A stretch of 64,000 nt of DNA. It comes from a virus. The first letter of the stretch is position 1; each line of letters opens with the position of its first letter. Under the pieces are notes generated by a model, which ran no database searches, had not been told where the DNA came from, and worked only from the letters and a program-made list of their open reading frames with translations. Location: the IMG/VR virus record IMGVR_UViG_3300026549_000005, positions 3,003 through 67,002 of that record; one strand, 5' to 3'. The translations under genes were made by a program, and so were the position numbers. Of this stretch, positions 35,711-43,227 are shown piece by piece.

Positions 35711-36001
35711 TTATTTCTGCTCCTTATTATTTTTATTTAATTCTGTAATAACTTTTTTATGATTACTTGATTTAATATTCATTTGTTTAACCTTTCTCAT
35801 TAATTGAACATTTTTCCCTTTCTTATATTCTAATTTTTCTTTCAATTTATTTATCTTATCTTCTGCAAACTTATTGGAACATTCCCTACATAAAGGTATT
35901 TTGTATAAAGGCTCATTCAATAAATCTTTAACAATAAAAACCACGGGGGTTTCTTTCCCGCAAGAAATACAAACTGATTCCTGAAATACTTTTTCAATCA
36001 T
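35711..36001 (-). CDS. zinc-ribbon protein with basic tail
   Basis: CISCGK...CRECSNKF. Confidence 0.5.
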   Translation of the reverse strand: MIEKVFQESVCISCGKETPVVFIVKDLLNEPLYKIPLCRECSNKFAEDKINKLKEKLEYKKGKNVQLMRKVKQMNIKSSNHKKVITELNKNNKEQK

Positions 36002-36010
36002 ACTTCAACC

Positions 36011-36769
36011 TCACATATCAAATAATGGCATATTTAATTTTATTTCAGTTTCCACCTTTTCAGGTTCAACTTCTACACTAACTAATTTTTCCTGCTCCTG
36101 AATAGCAAGCCTTTCTTTTATCAAATTTATCCCAACCATAGGTGTTTCAAAAACATCAAAAACTTCCAAACTTATACTATTACCGTGAATTATCGTTGCA
36201 GGAATTCCCAATAAACTCATCTGTATCATTGACATACACACCGCATTCCAAGATAGGTCGGTCATTTCCACATACAAATTCTGCTGAAAGTTTATATCTT
36301 TTTTATAAAATGCCTCAGCAAGGGCAATTATCATTGCACCACCACCGCAAGCAGGCTCGGCAACCTTATATATTTTATTTTTATCAAGATTACCAGGAAT
36401 ACTCATTTCAGCACAAACTTGACATACCGAATAAGGTGTAAAAAACTGCCCCATGCTATCACTTCCAAAATCGCAAGCCATGTAGACCTCACCAAGAAAA
36501 TCCCTGAATCCATGCTCGAACCCTTCAGTCACCAACGCTAATAATTTTGGGAATTGCTCCTGCACATCTTTCTTGTACTTACCAATTATTGAAAGATATT
36601 TATTTTCCCTTTCCTGATTAAAATGTGAAACGTTAGCAAACGCATAGCAGGATAATGTTAAAAAATCACAAAACACATCATACATATTATGCTCATAAGC
36701 CATTTTCTGAAGTGTTTTTATGAATTCATTTTGTTCATTGGATTGTACTGTTATTCTTTTACTACTCAT
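36011..36769 (-). CDS. HsdM/N6-MTase-like SAM-binding protein lacking the NPPY/F catalytic motif
   Basis: GQFFTPYSV...VAEPACGGGAM (motifs X and I), but the protein ends about 60 aa later with no NPP[YF]; C-terminal MPLFDM. Confidence 0.6.
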   Translation of the reverse strand: MSSKRITVQSNEQNEFIKTLQKMAYEHNMYDVFCDFLTLSCYAFANVSHFNQERENKYLSIIGKYKKDVQEQFPKLLALVTEGFEHGFRDFLGEVYMACDFGSDSMGQFFTPYSVCQVCAEMSIPGNLDKNKIYKVAEPACGGGAMIIALAEAFYKKDINFQQNLYVEMTDLSWNAVCMSMIQMSLLGIPATIIHGNSISLEVFDVFETPMVGINLIKERLAIQEQEKLVSVEVEPEKVETEIKLNMPLFDM

Positions 36770-36771
36770 AC

Positions 36772-36783
36772 ACTTTAATTATA
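36772..36783 (-). promoter_or_regulatory. -10-only promoter motif TATAATTAAAGT (M1)
   Basis: The -10 hexamer ends 8 nt before ATG 36769, with no SD. Confidence 0.45.
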
Positions 36784-36997
36784 GGAAAATACCCCAAAAT
36801 AACGCTATTTCAGGCTCGGTTGATAAAAATATCAGCCTAACCCAAAACAACGCAACACAAGCAATACTCAAGCCAATCAGGGCATATTTTAGATGAATAA
36901 AGGTGAACTATTTACTGCATTTTCAGTACTTTTTGTTGCAATACCTTTTTTCAAATATTTCAAACCTACCACTAAAGGTCGTTTTTTGCATATTCAT

Positions 36998-37019
36998 CAT
37001 TTTTTCTTTTATCTCCTTA
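36998..37019 (-). repeat. junction cassette, copy b (one extra A)
   Basis: Plus-strand cattttttcttttatctcctta; followed only by a 25-codon ORF (36923..37000). Confidence 0.8.
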
Positions 37020-37314
37020 ATTTTGAATAATCAGTAGCATTAAGTGAATAAAATTGCATATCTATCTTTTTCAAAGACGCAATATGCTTTTTGCTTGCTA
37101 ACCTAGACCTTTTTATTAATTCTTCATACTCAATATTACTAAATATCCTTTCTTCAATACACCTTCCGATTTCTTCAATTTTGTTGCTTGAATTAACTTT
37201 TACAAAAATTGTTTCACCATACAAACGATAATCTCTGTCAATTATTTTAGAAAATACAAAAGTATCTGCCAAAAAACAAGGATTGTCTATTTCATAGATT
37301 GCATCCCATTTCAT
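37009..37314 (-). CDS. hypothetical protein
   Basis: ORF trimmed to ATG 37314 within the junction cassette. Confidence 0.5.
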   Translation of the reverse strand: MKWDAIYEIDNPCFLADTFVFSKIIDRDYRLYGETIFVKVNSSNKIEEIGRCIEERIFSNIEYEELIKRSRLASKKHIASLKKIDMQFYSLNATDYSKLRR

Positions 37315-37331
37315 TTTTCTTTTATCTCCTT
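37312..37331 (-). repeat. junction cassette, copy c
   Basis: Plus-strand catttttcttttatctcctt. Confidence 0.8.
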
Positions 37332-37537
37332 GCAGGATAGAAAAATCTGTTTTCACTTCCAATGTCATCTTTGAAAGGGAAAGCATCGTGTTCACTCTGT
37401 CGTATTGTTGTAATGTCAGAACAACATTTACCTTCAACAATCTCAATCAGTTCATTAATGTTGTTTGCAACATAACCCTTTTTACCTTCAAATTTTTTAG
37501 ACCATACAAACTTTACTTTTCTTGTCTTGAATTTCAT
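37322..37537 (-). CDS. hypothetical protein
   Basis: 71-aa ORF starting in a junction cassette. Confidence 0.5.
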   Translation of the reverse strand: MKFKTRKVKFVWSKKFEGKKGYVANNINELIEIVEGKCCSDITTIRQSEHDAFPFKDDIGSENRFFYPARR

Positions 37538-37555
37538 TTTTCTTTTATCTCCTTA
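37535..37555 (-). repeat. junction cassette, copy d
   Basis: Plus-strand catttttcttttatctcctta. Confidence 0.8.
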
Positions 37556-37786
37556 TAGATTATTTATCCATTCATTTATAATTTCTTTTGTTACACCATT
37601 TTTATATTTTTCTTTTATTCCAGCTATTTTCTTTTCATCATTTTCATAAACCTTACCACTTGCCCTTTTATGTGATTTGGTATATTTACAACACATCCAA
37701 GTTTTCTTGAATAAATCAGCATAACCATCTTTACCCAATTCATTCCTTAATTCAGCAAGTTCCACATCTTTAATCCTTTTCCCCAT
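37553..37786 (-). CDS. small basic protein (IKEKYKNGVT motif)
   Basis: ATG 37786 after GGTG, 1 nt after the primase stop. Confidence 0.5.
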   Translation of the reverse strand: MGKRIKDVELAELRNELGKDGYADLFKKTWMCCKYTKSHKRASGKVYENDEKKIAGIKEKYKNGVTKEIINEWINNL

Positions 37787-37787
37787 T

Positions 37788-38633
37788 TTACACACCTAAT
37801 TCATTTTTAATTATTTCCACTTCATCATGTGTTAATTCACCACCATCATTTTTATTAAAATCTTCATAAGCATTTACAACTTCAACCTCAACACCCATTG
37901 AGGCAATCTGCATTCCATACTTTCTTGCCTTTTCTTGTGCTTCAGGTTCATTATCAAATAAGATAAAAACCTTTTCAAACCTGCCTGCAATAACTGCAAT
38001 TTGTTCTTCAGTTAAAGCAGACCCAAAACAACACATGGAGTTATCACCTAACATGAAGCAATCAAAAGCACCTTCAGTAAGAATAACCCTGCTTTTATTA
38101 CAGTTATCAAGATTAAATAAACTTGTTTTAGGGTTTACACAACTTTCTTCAATGCTTAAATTCTTATATCTAGGAATTTTCAGTTCATCAGCCTTTTTCT
38201 TACTTAAAATAGTTCTACCCGTCCAAGAAACAATTTTACCATTGATTATAAGCGGAATAATAATTCTATATTTCCATTCCCCAGCAATACCACCACCAAC
38301 AACCCCATATTTTTCATGTAAATATCTAGGTGAAAAGTTCCTGCTTAATAAATATTTTCTTTCAGCAGGTGTAAATGTATCAGTCGGTAATTGCAGGTGC
38401 TTTGCCAATGGAATTCTTTTATTTAATCTAGCAACCGCAACATTTCTAGTTTCATACTGAGCAAGAACCTGATTCACTTCCCCGCTCGGAATAGCGAGCA
38501 ACCTCGCCAATGTAGGTGTCGCCTGATGCCCTCCGCACTTCCAACAAGCACAATGCCCATCAGCAAGATTAAATCCCAAATGCTTTGAATGGCTAGAAGA
38601 AGTGCAGTACACGCATTCAACGTTTACACCCAC
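37788..38633 (-). CDS. DNA primase (zinc finger + Toprim), main frame
   Basis: CVYC..H..CWKCGGH zinc motif; Toprim ILTEGAFDCF and FILFDNEPEAQ. Confidence 0.8.
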   Translation of the reverse strand: MGVNVECVYCTSSSHSKHLGFNLADGHCACWKCGGHQATPTLARLLAIPSGEVNQVLAQYETRNVAVARLNKRIPLAKHLQLPTDTFTPAERKYLLSRNFSPRYLHEKYGVVGGGIAGEWKYRIIIPLIINGKIVSWTGRTILSKKKADELKIPRYKNLSIEESCVNPKTSLFNLDNCNKSRVILTEGAFDCFMLGDNSMCCFGSALTEEQIAVIAGRFEKVFILFDNEPEAQEKARKYGMQIASMGVEVEVVNAYEDFNKNDGGELTHDEVEIIKNELGV

Positions 38634-38698
38634 CCCCTATTTCTTTTTGTTGTATAATCAATACCATAATCTTTGAAAAGTTTTACAAAATCATACAT
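38624..38698 (-). CDS. 24-codon ORF that looks like the true primase N-terminus in another frame
   Basis: MYDFVKLFKDYGIDYTTKRNRGWV*; good RBS AAGGGG; frames switch at a G5 run (38633-38637). Confidence 0.45.
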   Translation of the reverse strand: MYDFVKLFKDYGIDYTTKRNRGWV

Positions 38699-38712
38699 TT
38701 GTCTTACCCCTT

Positions 38713-39357
38713 TTAGTTTGGCATTACGATTATTCTATAATCATCAGCAACAAATTCTCTAGGTTTTTTAGTTAAATATTCCCTTAAAACTAATTTTTTT
38801 GAAATCGCCAAAATAGCATAAAACTGTTTCATTGGTATCTTAAATTCTGTAATTTCATTTTCATCCGTCAAAAGATTAGTTTCATAAATGTCACCATAAC
38901 TAGCGATTGTTTCAACATCATCATTGTATGTGAAAATAACTTCATCATTAGTGAATGTAACTTCACCACCATTCGATGCAGGAATTCTAATGGTTGGATA
39001 TTTAGAAAAATCAATTACCTTTTCCACATAAGCACCCATAGGAATTGCATTTTCATACTTAAAATCATACTGAGAATAAGGTCTTTCCTCGCCATCAATA
39101 ATGATTTTTTCATCATTGAACTCTATGCTTTTCCTTACGTCTACATCAGCAGGGAAACTGAACCTATCATTATTTGAAACACAATTGGAAACGTCTTTGA
39201 TTATCATAATTTTTCCGTTAGTTGCAGTCATAACATTTTTATCAATATAAATCCTATTGTGGTATCTTCTTTCAGATTCACCCCTACTTTTACAAAATTT
39301 TAACATTACCTTGCAAACTTTCTTAAACTTATCAGCATTTAAGATTATCATATTCAC
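38713..39357 (-). CDS. hypothetical protein (weak beta-clamp-like pattern)
   Basis: 214 aa; KNVMTATNGKIMIIKDV resembles the clamp atDg.r motif. The functional call is weak. Confidence 0.5.
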   Translation of the reverse strand: MNMIILNADKFKKVCKVMLKFCKSRGESERRYHNRIYIDKNVMTATNGKIMIIKDVSNCVSNNDRFSFPADVDVRKSIEFNDEKIIIDGEERPYSQYDFKYENAIPMGAYVEKVIDFSKYPTIRIPASNGGEVTFTNDEVIFTYNDDVETIASYGDIYETNLLTDENEITEFKIPMKQFYAILAISKKLVLREYLTKKPREFVADDYRIIVMPN

Positions 39358-39362
39358 CTCAC

Positions 39363-39374
39363 ACTTTAATTATA
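39363..39374 (-). promoter_or_regulatory. -10-only promoter motif TATAATTAAAGT (M2)
   Basis: 15 nt downstream of a terminator; followed by GAGGTG and ATG 39357. Confidence 0.5.
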
Positions 39375-39389
39375 GAAATTGAAATAAAA

Positions 39390-39413
39390 AAGAGGTGCTT
39401 TTACACACCTCTT
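39390..39413 (-). terminator. rho-independent terminator
   Basis: Stem aagaggtg/cacctctt followed on the minus strand by TTTTATTTC. Confidence 0.65.
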
Positions 39414-39438
39414 TAACCCCCTTTTTTACTGCCTGATT

Positions 39439-40371
39439 TTATGCAACCATCAGCAAATCCTGAGCGGTCTGCAACATTACATTACCATCAAAGAAATCTG
39501 CCAACTTGTTTTCAGCATAGGTTTTAGTCTGCCTTAATGGAACTGTATTTGAGCAGTAATCCGCAATAGCGTTATACATACCCCAAGCAGTTCCCTTAAA
39601 GTTCTGCAAATCATCTTTTTCATTGTAAATCAGGTGCATTCTTGTCACAACTTCTTCACGGTTCTTTTCATTCATTGTTGCAAGTTTTTTAGTTGCAAAC
39701 AACTCCCTGAAGAATTTTTCTTCATCAATCTTTTTTGCAACAAGTTCTTCAGCAACCTTGCCCATATCATCAAGATATTTTACTGCAAAACCAAGTGATT
39801 CTTTAGCCTGCAACTGCTTATCTTTAATATTCAAAGTATGTCTGCATCGCCAAACACGCTTTGCCTCTTTCATTGCAAGTTGCAGGGTGTTGTTGCATAC
39901 AACCCTAACATTTGTAATTCCTGCCATAAGGCTAGAAGTTCCATCATGTGAATTTGTAAAGAACAAGTAATTTTCAACATCATCACCAAGCAGGTTTTGA
40001 TTTGGCAATTTTACAAGCAGGAAAATTCTTTTTCCATTCCACAGACTACCTGCGGTTTCATATCGGCATTCAACTTCATCTGATTTTACAATATCATCAA
40101 CAAAATCAAATGCCTCATTATTCTGCACAATCTTGTAACGCTCTTTTACAATACCAAGCGGGATATTAGCATCTGTACGAATATTGGCATAATAGCCAGG
40201 CAGTACAATGCCATTTGCCTTAACCTGATACTGCTTTACTTTCCAATCAAGTTTTGCCATCTTAATTGCTTCATCTGAAGTTGGAGCATCTTCAACAACA
40301 GTTCCAATTCCATGCCAAGGTCTTTCCTTTACCGATAACATCCAATCACAATCCATAAGTCCATGTGCCAT
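39439..40371 (-). CDS. DUF932 (phage/plasmid-like TIGR03299) family protein
   Basis: ERPWHGIGTVV...LGIVKERYKIVQNNEAFDF...LFFTNSHDGTSSL pattern; start trimmed to ATG 40371. Confidence 0.7.
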   Translation of the reverse strand: MAHGLMDCDWMLSVKERPWHGIGTVVEDAPTSDEAIKMAKLDWKVKQYQVKANGIVLPGYYANIRTDANIPLGIVKERYKIVQNNEAFDFVDDIVKSDEVECRYETAGSLWNGKRIFLLVKLPNQNLLGDDVENYLFFTNSHDGTSSLMAGITNVRVVCNNTLQLAMKEAKRVWRCRHTLNIKDKQLQAKESLGFAVKYLDDMGKVAEELVAKKIDEEKFFRELFATKKLATMNEKNREEVVTRMHLIYNEKDDLQNFKGTAWGMYNAIADYCSNTVPLRQTKTYAENKLADFFDGNVMLQTAQDLLMVA

Positions 40372-40405
40372 ACACAACTCCTTGTAAGTTTTCCTTACAT
40401 TTATA

Positions 40406-40434
40406 AATATAAAGCAATTTATATAAAAAGTCAA
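40406..40434 (-). promoter_or_regulatory. early promoter P4 (TTGACT-17-TATATT)
   Basis: Conserved motif; leader hairpin GTAAG/CTTAC (40384-40398) abuts the SD. Confidence 0.6.
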
Positions 40435-40460
40435 GTAGTTTTTATAAATTATTTTAATTT

Positions 40461-41255
40461 TTACATAAATAATGGTGAATTTTCATTTATATTTACATCT
40501 TCCTGAACAAAGCCATTTTCAATTCTTTGCTTAGCAATTTCAAAATACTTATCATCTTTTTCAATACCAATAAAATTCCTATTTGTATTCTTGCAGGCAA
40601 CTCCCGTTGAACCACTACCCATGCAATTATCTAAAATTGTATCATTTTCGTTGGTATAAGTTTTAATTAAATACATCAGCAGGGCAACGGGTTTTTGAGT
40701 AGGGTGAAATTTTTCAAAATCCCTCTTATATTTAAGAATGTTATTAGGACAGTTTGTTGACGATATAAATTCTTCATTTGTATTCAGTTTATTTCCAAGA
40801 CTTTTATATCCTGATGATTTTCTAAAATTAGAATTAGGATTATTTCTTTTAATCTTCATATTTTTCCTATCCACATTGAATCTTATCGGATTATTGCTCA
40901 GACTTCCTACAGTAGCCTTAGAAAACACACATATATCCTCTGTTTTTTTCAAGGGAGCATAAGATGAATTCAAAAAACCATTAGGAGATTCCTTTTCCCA
41001 AATCCAATTATAACGATATAATTTAAGATTGGAACATATTAAAATTGATGTGAACGGCTGAACTGCAAACAAAACTATAGTTCCGTCATCTTTTATAATT
41101 CTTTCATATTGATTCCACAATTTGTCAAAAGAAATAACACTATCCCATTTATGAGCAGTAGTTCCATAAGGCAGGTCACATAAAACCATATCAATTGATT
41201 TATCAGGAATACTTTTCATCAACTCTAAACAATCACCATGTAATAACTGCATCAT
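40461..41255 (-). CDS. DNA methyltransferase (beta-class N6A/N4C; motif IV before motif I)
   Basis: DLPYG near the N-terminus, ILDNCMGSGSTGVAC near the C-terminus; C-terminal SPLFM. Confidence 0.85.
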   Translation of the reverse strand: MMQLLHGDCLELMKSIPDKSIDMVLCDLPYGTTAHKWDSVISFDKLWNQYERIIKDDGTIVLFAVQPFTSILICSNLKLYRYNWIWEKESPNGFLNSSYAPLKKTEDICVFSKATVGSLSNNPIRFNVDRKNMKIKRNNPNSNFRKSSGYKSLGNKLNTNEEFISSTNCPNNILKYKRDFEKFHPTQKPVALLMYLIKTYTNENDTILDNCMGSGSTGVACKNTNRNFIGIEKDDKYFEIAKQRIENGFVQEDVNINENSPLFM

Positions 41256-41268
41256 TAAAACCTCGCTT

Positions 41269-41280
41269 ATTTTAATTATA
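41269..41280 (-). promoter_or_regulatory. -10-only promoter motif TATAATTAAAAT (M3)
   Basis: Upstream of the MTase RBS GAGG. Confidence 0.4.
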
Positions 41281-41281
41281 G

Positions 41282-41590
41282 TTATTTACCATTTAATTCT
41301 TTCATTTTATCTAATATTTCTTTCAACCTGATTAAAATAGTTTCATCTTTTACATAATAAACATATAAAAAATGCACTGTATCATGCGTTTTTTTATTTA
41401 AGCAGGCAAAATGTGTTTCATCTGATATATCGGTATAATCTTTTTCATCAAGGTTAAGATGATGCAAATTCCATCCTGCTCTGAGAGGTCGTAGAGTCAC
41501 GCAATCTACAGACCTCGACTTCTTCAGATAATTCCTAAACTTCTTCCACTTTGCTGATTGCCTGAACTTAGTTTTTTCTTTCTGACTCAC
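41282..41590 (-). CDS. HNH endonuclease-like protein
   Basis: WKKFRNYL..DCVT...NLHHL...CLNKKTHDTVH pattern; GTG start. Confidence 0.5.
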   Translation of the reverse strand: MSQKEKTKFRQSAKWKKFRNYLKKSRSVDCVTLRPLRAGWNLHHLNLDEKDYTDISDETHFACLNKKTHDTVHFLYVYYVKDETILIRLKEILDKMKELNGK

Positions 41591-41614
41591 AAATTACCCC
41601 ATAAATAAAATAAA

Positions 41615-41634
41615 GCAGGCACAAAAGCACCTGC
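41615..41634 (-). terminator. terminator after the recombinase gene
   Basis: 8-bp RNA stem (2 G-U pairs) GCAGGUGC/GUGCCUGC followed by UUUAUUUUAUUU. Confidence 0.5.
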
Positions 41635-41645
41635 CTTTTAATCAA

Positions 41646-42854
41646 TTATACCTTAGATTCAGGCTGAGATGAATAGAATTTCTTTTTTCTATTGCTTTTA
41701 ATGGAATCTTCAAAATCTTCCCATTTCTTGTCTGCCCTTTCATCAAGTTCCTGCTCAAGATTATTTTCTTCAACATAAGCAATCAATTCATCACGGGTCA
41801 TTGTATCACCGAATTTTTCATTGAATTTCTGCTTATATTCTTTTTTAGATTGGATAAACGCAAACATATTTTCAGCATCAGTTCCATCCATATCAGCATA
41901 TCTTGAATCCTGATATTTTTCATACAATTCATTTTCATCAAGAAATTCTTTCAGGGTTTTTTTATCATAATCATTATCACCGTTCCACTGAATAGCACCT
42001 GCCTTTTTGTTCAACTCACCTTTATCAGTTCTTAAATCAAACAGATAATCAATGCTTGTTCCAATGTTATCAAGTCCATAATCATAAAGGAATGAAAAGA
42101 AACATTCACGATATGGTCTAGGTGTTTTACTTTTTGTTGTTTTAGCCTTTACAACAACACCAACTGCCATATCCTTTTTTTCAATCTTTTTGCAAGTTGC
42201 AAGCCAAAGAACTGAATGAGCATAAAAGTCCATTGCCTTACCACCTGAACGGGAATATTTTTCAAAACTGAACATATCGCAATTTTCACGGATTTGGGAA
42301 ATAATAATCACAAGTACATTGCAGTTTTCAATTGTATCACAAAGTTGTGGAAAAAACTCCTGAGATAAATACTTTTGTTTACCCATTCCATAAGTACCTT
42401 TTTCAAGGTCTTTACCATCATCAAAAGCCTTTAATCTTTCTTTTGCCCTATCATCCTGCTCTTTACTTGTCAAACCATCAAGCGAATCAAGAACATAAAT
42501 ACCAAATTCACCCTTTTTTAATGATTGACTGAACTTAGTGATATTACAGAAAGCATCTTCAACATTTTTAGAATGTTTTCTTTCTGTTTTATCTTCTGGC
42601 ATAATCTCAAATCCATACAAGGATTCTGTATCAAATGAATAACCTGATTCACAATCATCATAAACCCATTTGAACTTATCCCCGTACTGATAATGTGAAA
42701 AAGCAATGAACTCATTACTCAAGAATGTTTTACCTGCTGATTTGTCACCTACAATGTTGATAAATCTACCTGCGGGAACACCCAACACTCCCTTCTTTCC
42801 ACCAAGCACCTTATCTAATAATCGGCAACCACTTTTGAAATAAATCTGCTCCAT
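41646..42854 (-). CDS. RecA/UvsX-like recombinase
   Basis: Walker A GDKSAGKT, Walker B IYVLDSLD, GGKAMDFYAHSVLWL; start trimmed to ATG 42854 after AAGGAG. Confidence 0.7.
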   Translation of the reverse strand: MEQIYFKSGCRLLDKVLGGKKGVLGVPAGRFINIVGDKSAGKTFLSNEFIAFSHYQYGDKFKWVYDDCESGYSFDTESLYGFEIMPEDKTERKHSKNVEDAFCNITKFSQSLKKGEFGIYVLDSLDGLTSKEQDDRAKERLKAFDDGKDLEKGTYGMGKQKYLSQEFFPQLCDTIENCNVLVIIISQIRENCDMFSFEKYSRSGGKAMDFYAHSVLWLATCKKIEKKDMAVGVVVKAKTTKSKTPRPYRECFFSFLYDYGLDNIGTSIDYLFDLRTDKGELNKKAGAIQWNGDNDYDKKTLKEFLDENELYEKYQDSRYADMDGTDAENMFAFIQSKKEYKQKFNEKFGDTMTRDELIAYVEENNLEQELDERADKKWEDFEDSIKSNRKKKFYSSQPESKV

Positions 42855-42864
42855 TTTCTGCTCC

Positions 42865-43227
42865 TTACCAATTTTCTTTATGGCTATCTTCACGCTTTTT
42901 GATAATTGCTTTAATTCTTTTTGGGTCTGCATACATTACCCCCTTTGCGCCAGCTTTAATTACACCTGAATCTTTATCCTTAATCAGCAAATAGATATAA
43001 GGCAAACTAACATTCAATTCATCATGCAACTGATTCAGTGTTAAATAACCATCAGGAACTTTTTCATTGTGTTTTTCCACCCATTCAAAGAATTTATCTT
43101 TATCAAAATCAACCCTACCATCAACCTTTTTAATAAATCCTTTCTTATAACCAATCTGATACAAACCTGATTTACTTATACGCAAACCAAGTTCTTCACA
43201 TTTATTAAGTACATCTTTAATGTGCAT
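42865..43227 (-). CDS. putative DNA-binding protein
   Basis: ORF trimmed to ATG 43227 after AAGGAG; HTH-like LTLNQLHDELNVSLPYIYLLIKD. Confidence 0.45.
   Translation of the reverse strand: MHIKDVLNKCEELGLRISKSGLYQIGYKKGFIKKVDGRVDFDKDKFFEWVEKHNEKVPDGYLTLNQLHDELNVSLPYIYLLIKDKDSGVIKAGAKGVMYADPKRIKAIIKKREDSHKENW

Noticed and set aside
36790-36922. About 130 nt of relatively GC-richer non-coding DNA, checked for a tRNA or small RNA
   Set aside because: I could not fold a cloverleaf or any stem longer than 5 bp. It is more likely the decayed remainder of a gene following junction-cassette copy b.
38035-38460. 141-aa plus-strand ORF inside the primase gene
   Set aside because: It is antisense to a gene with clear zinc-finger and Toprim motifs, and it has no RBS or recognisable motif. 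Unlike the 23458..24153 case, its sequence shows no domain signatures.
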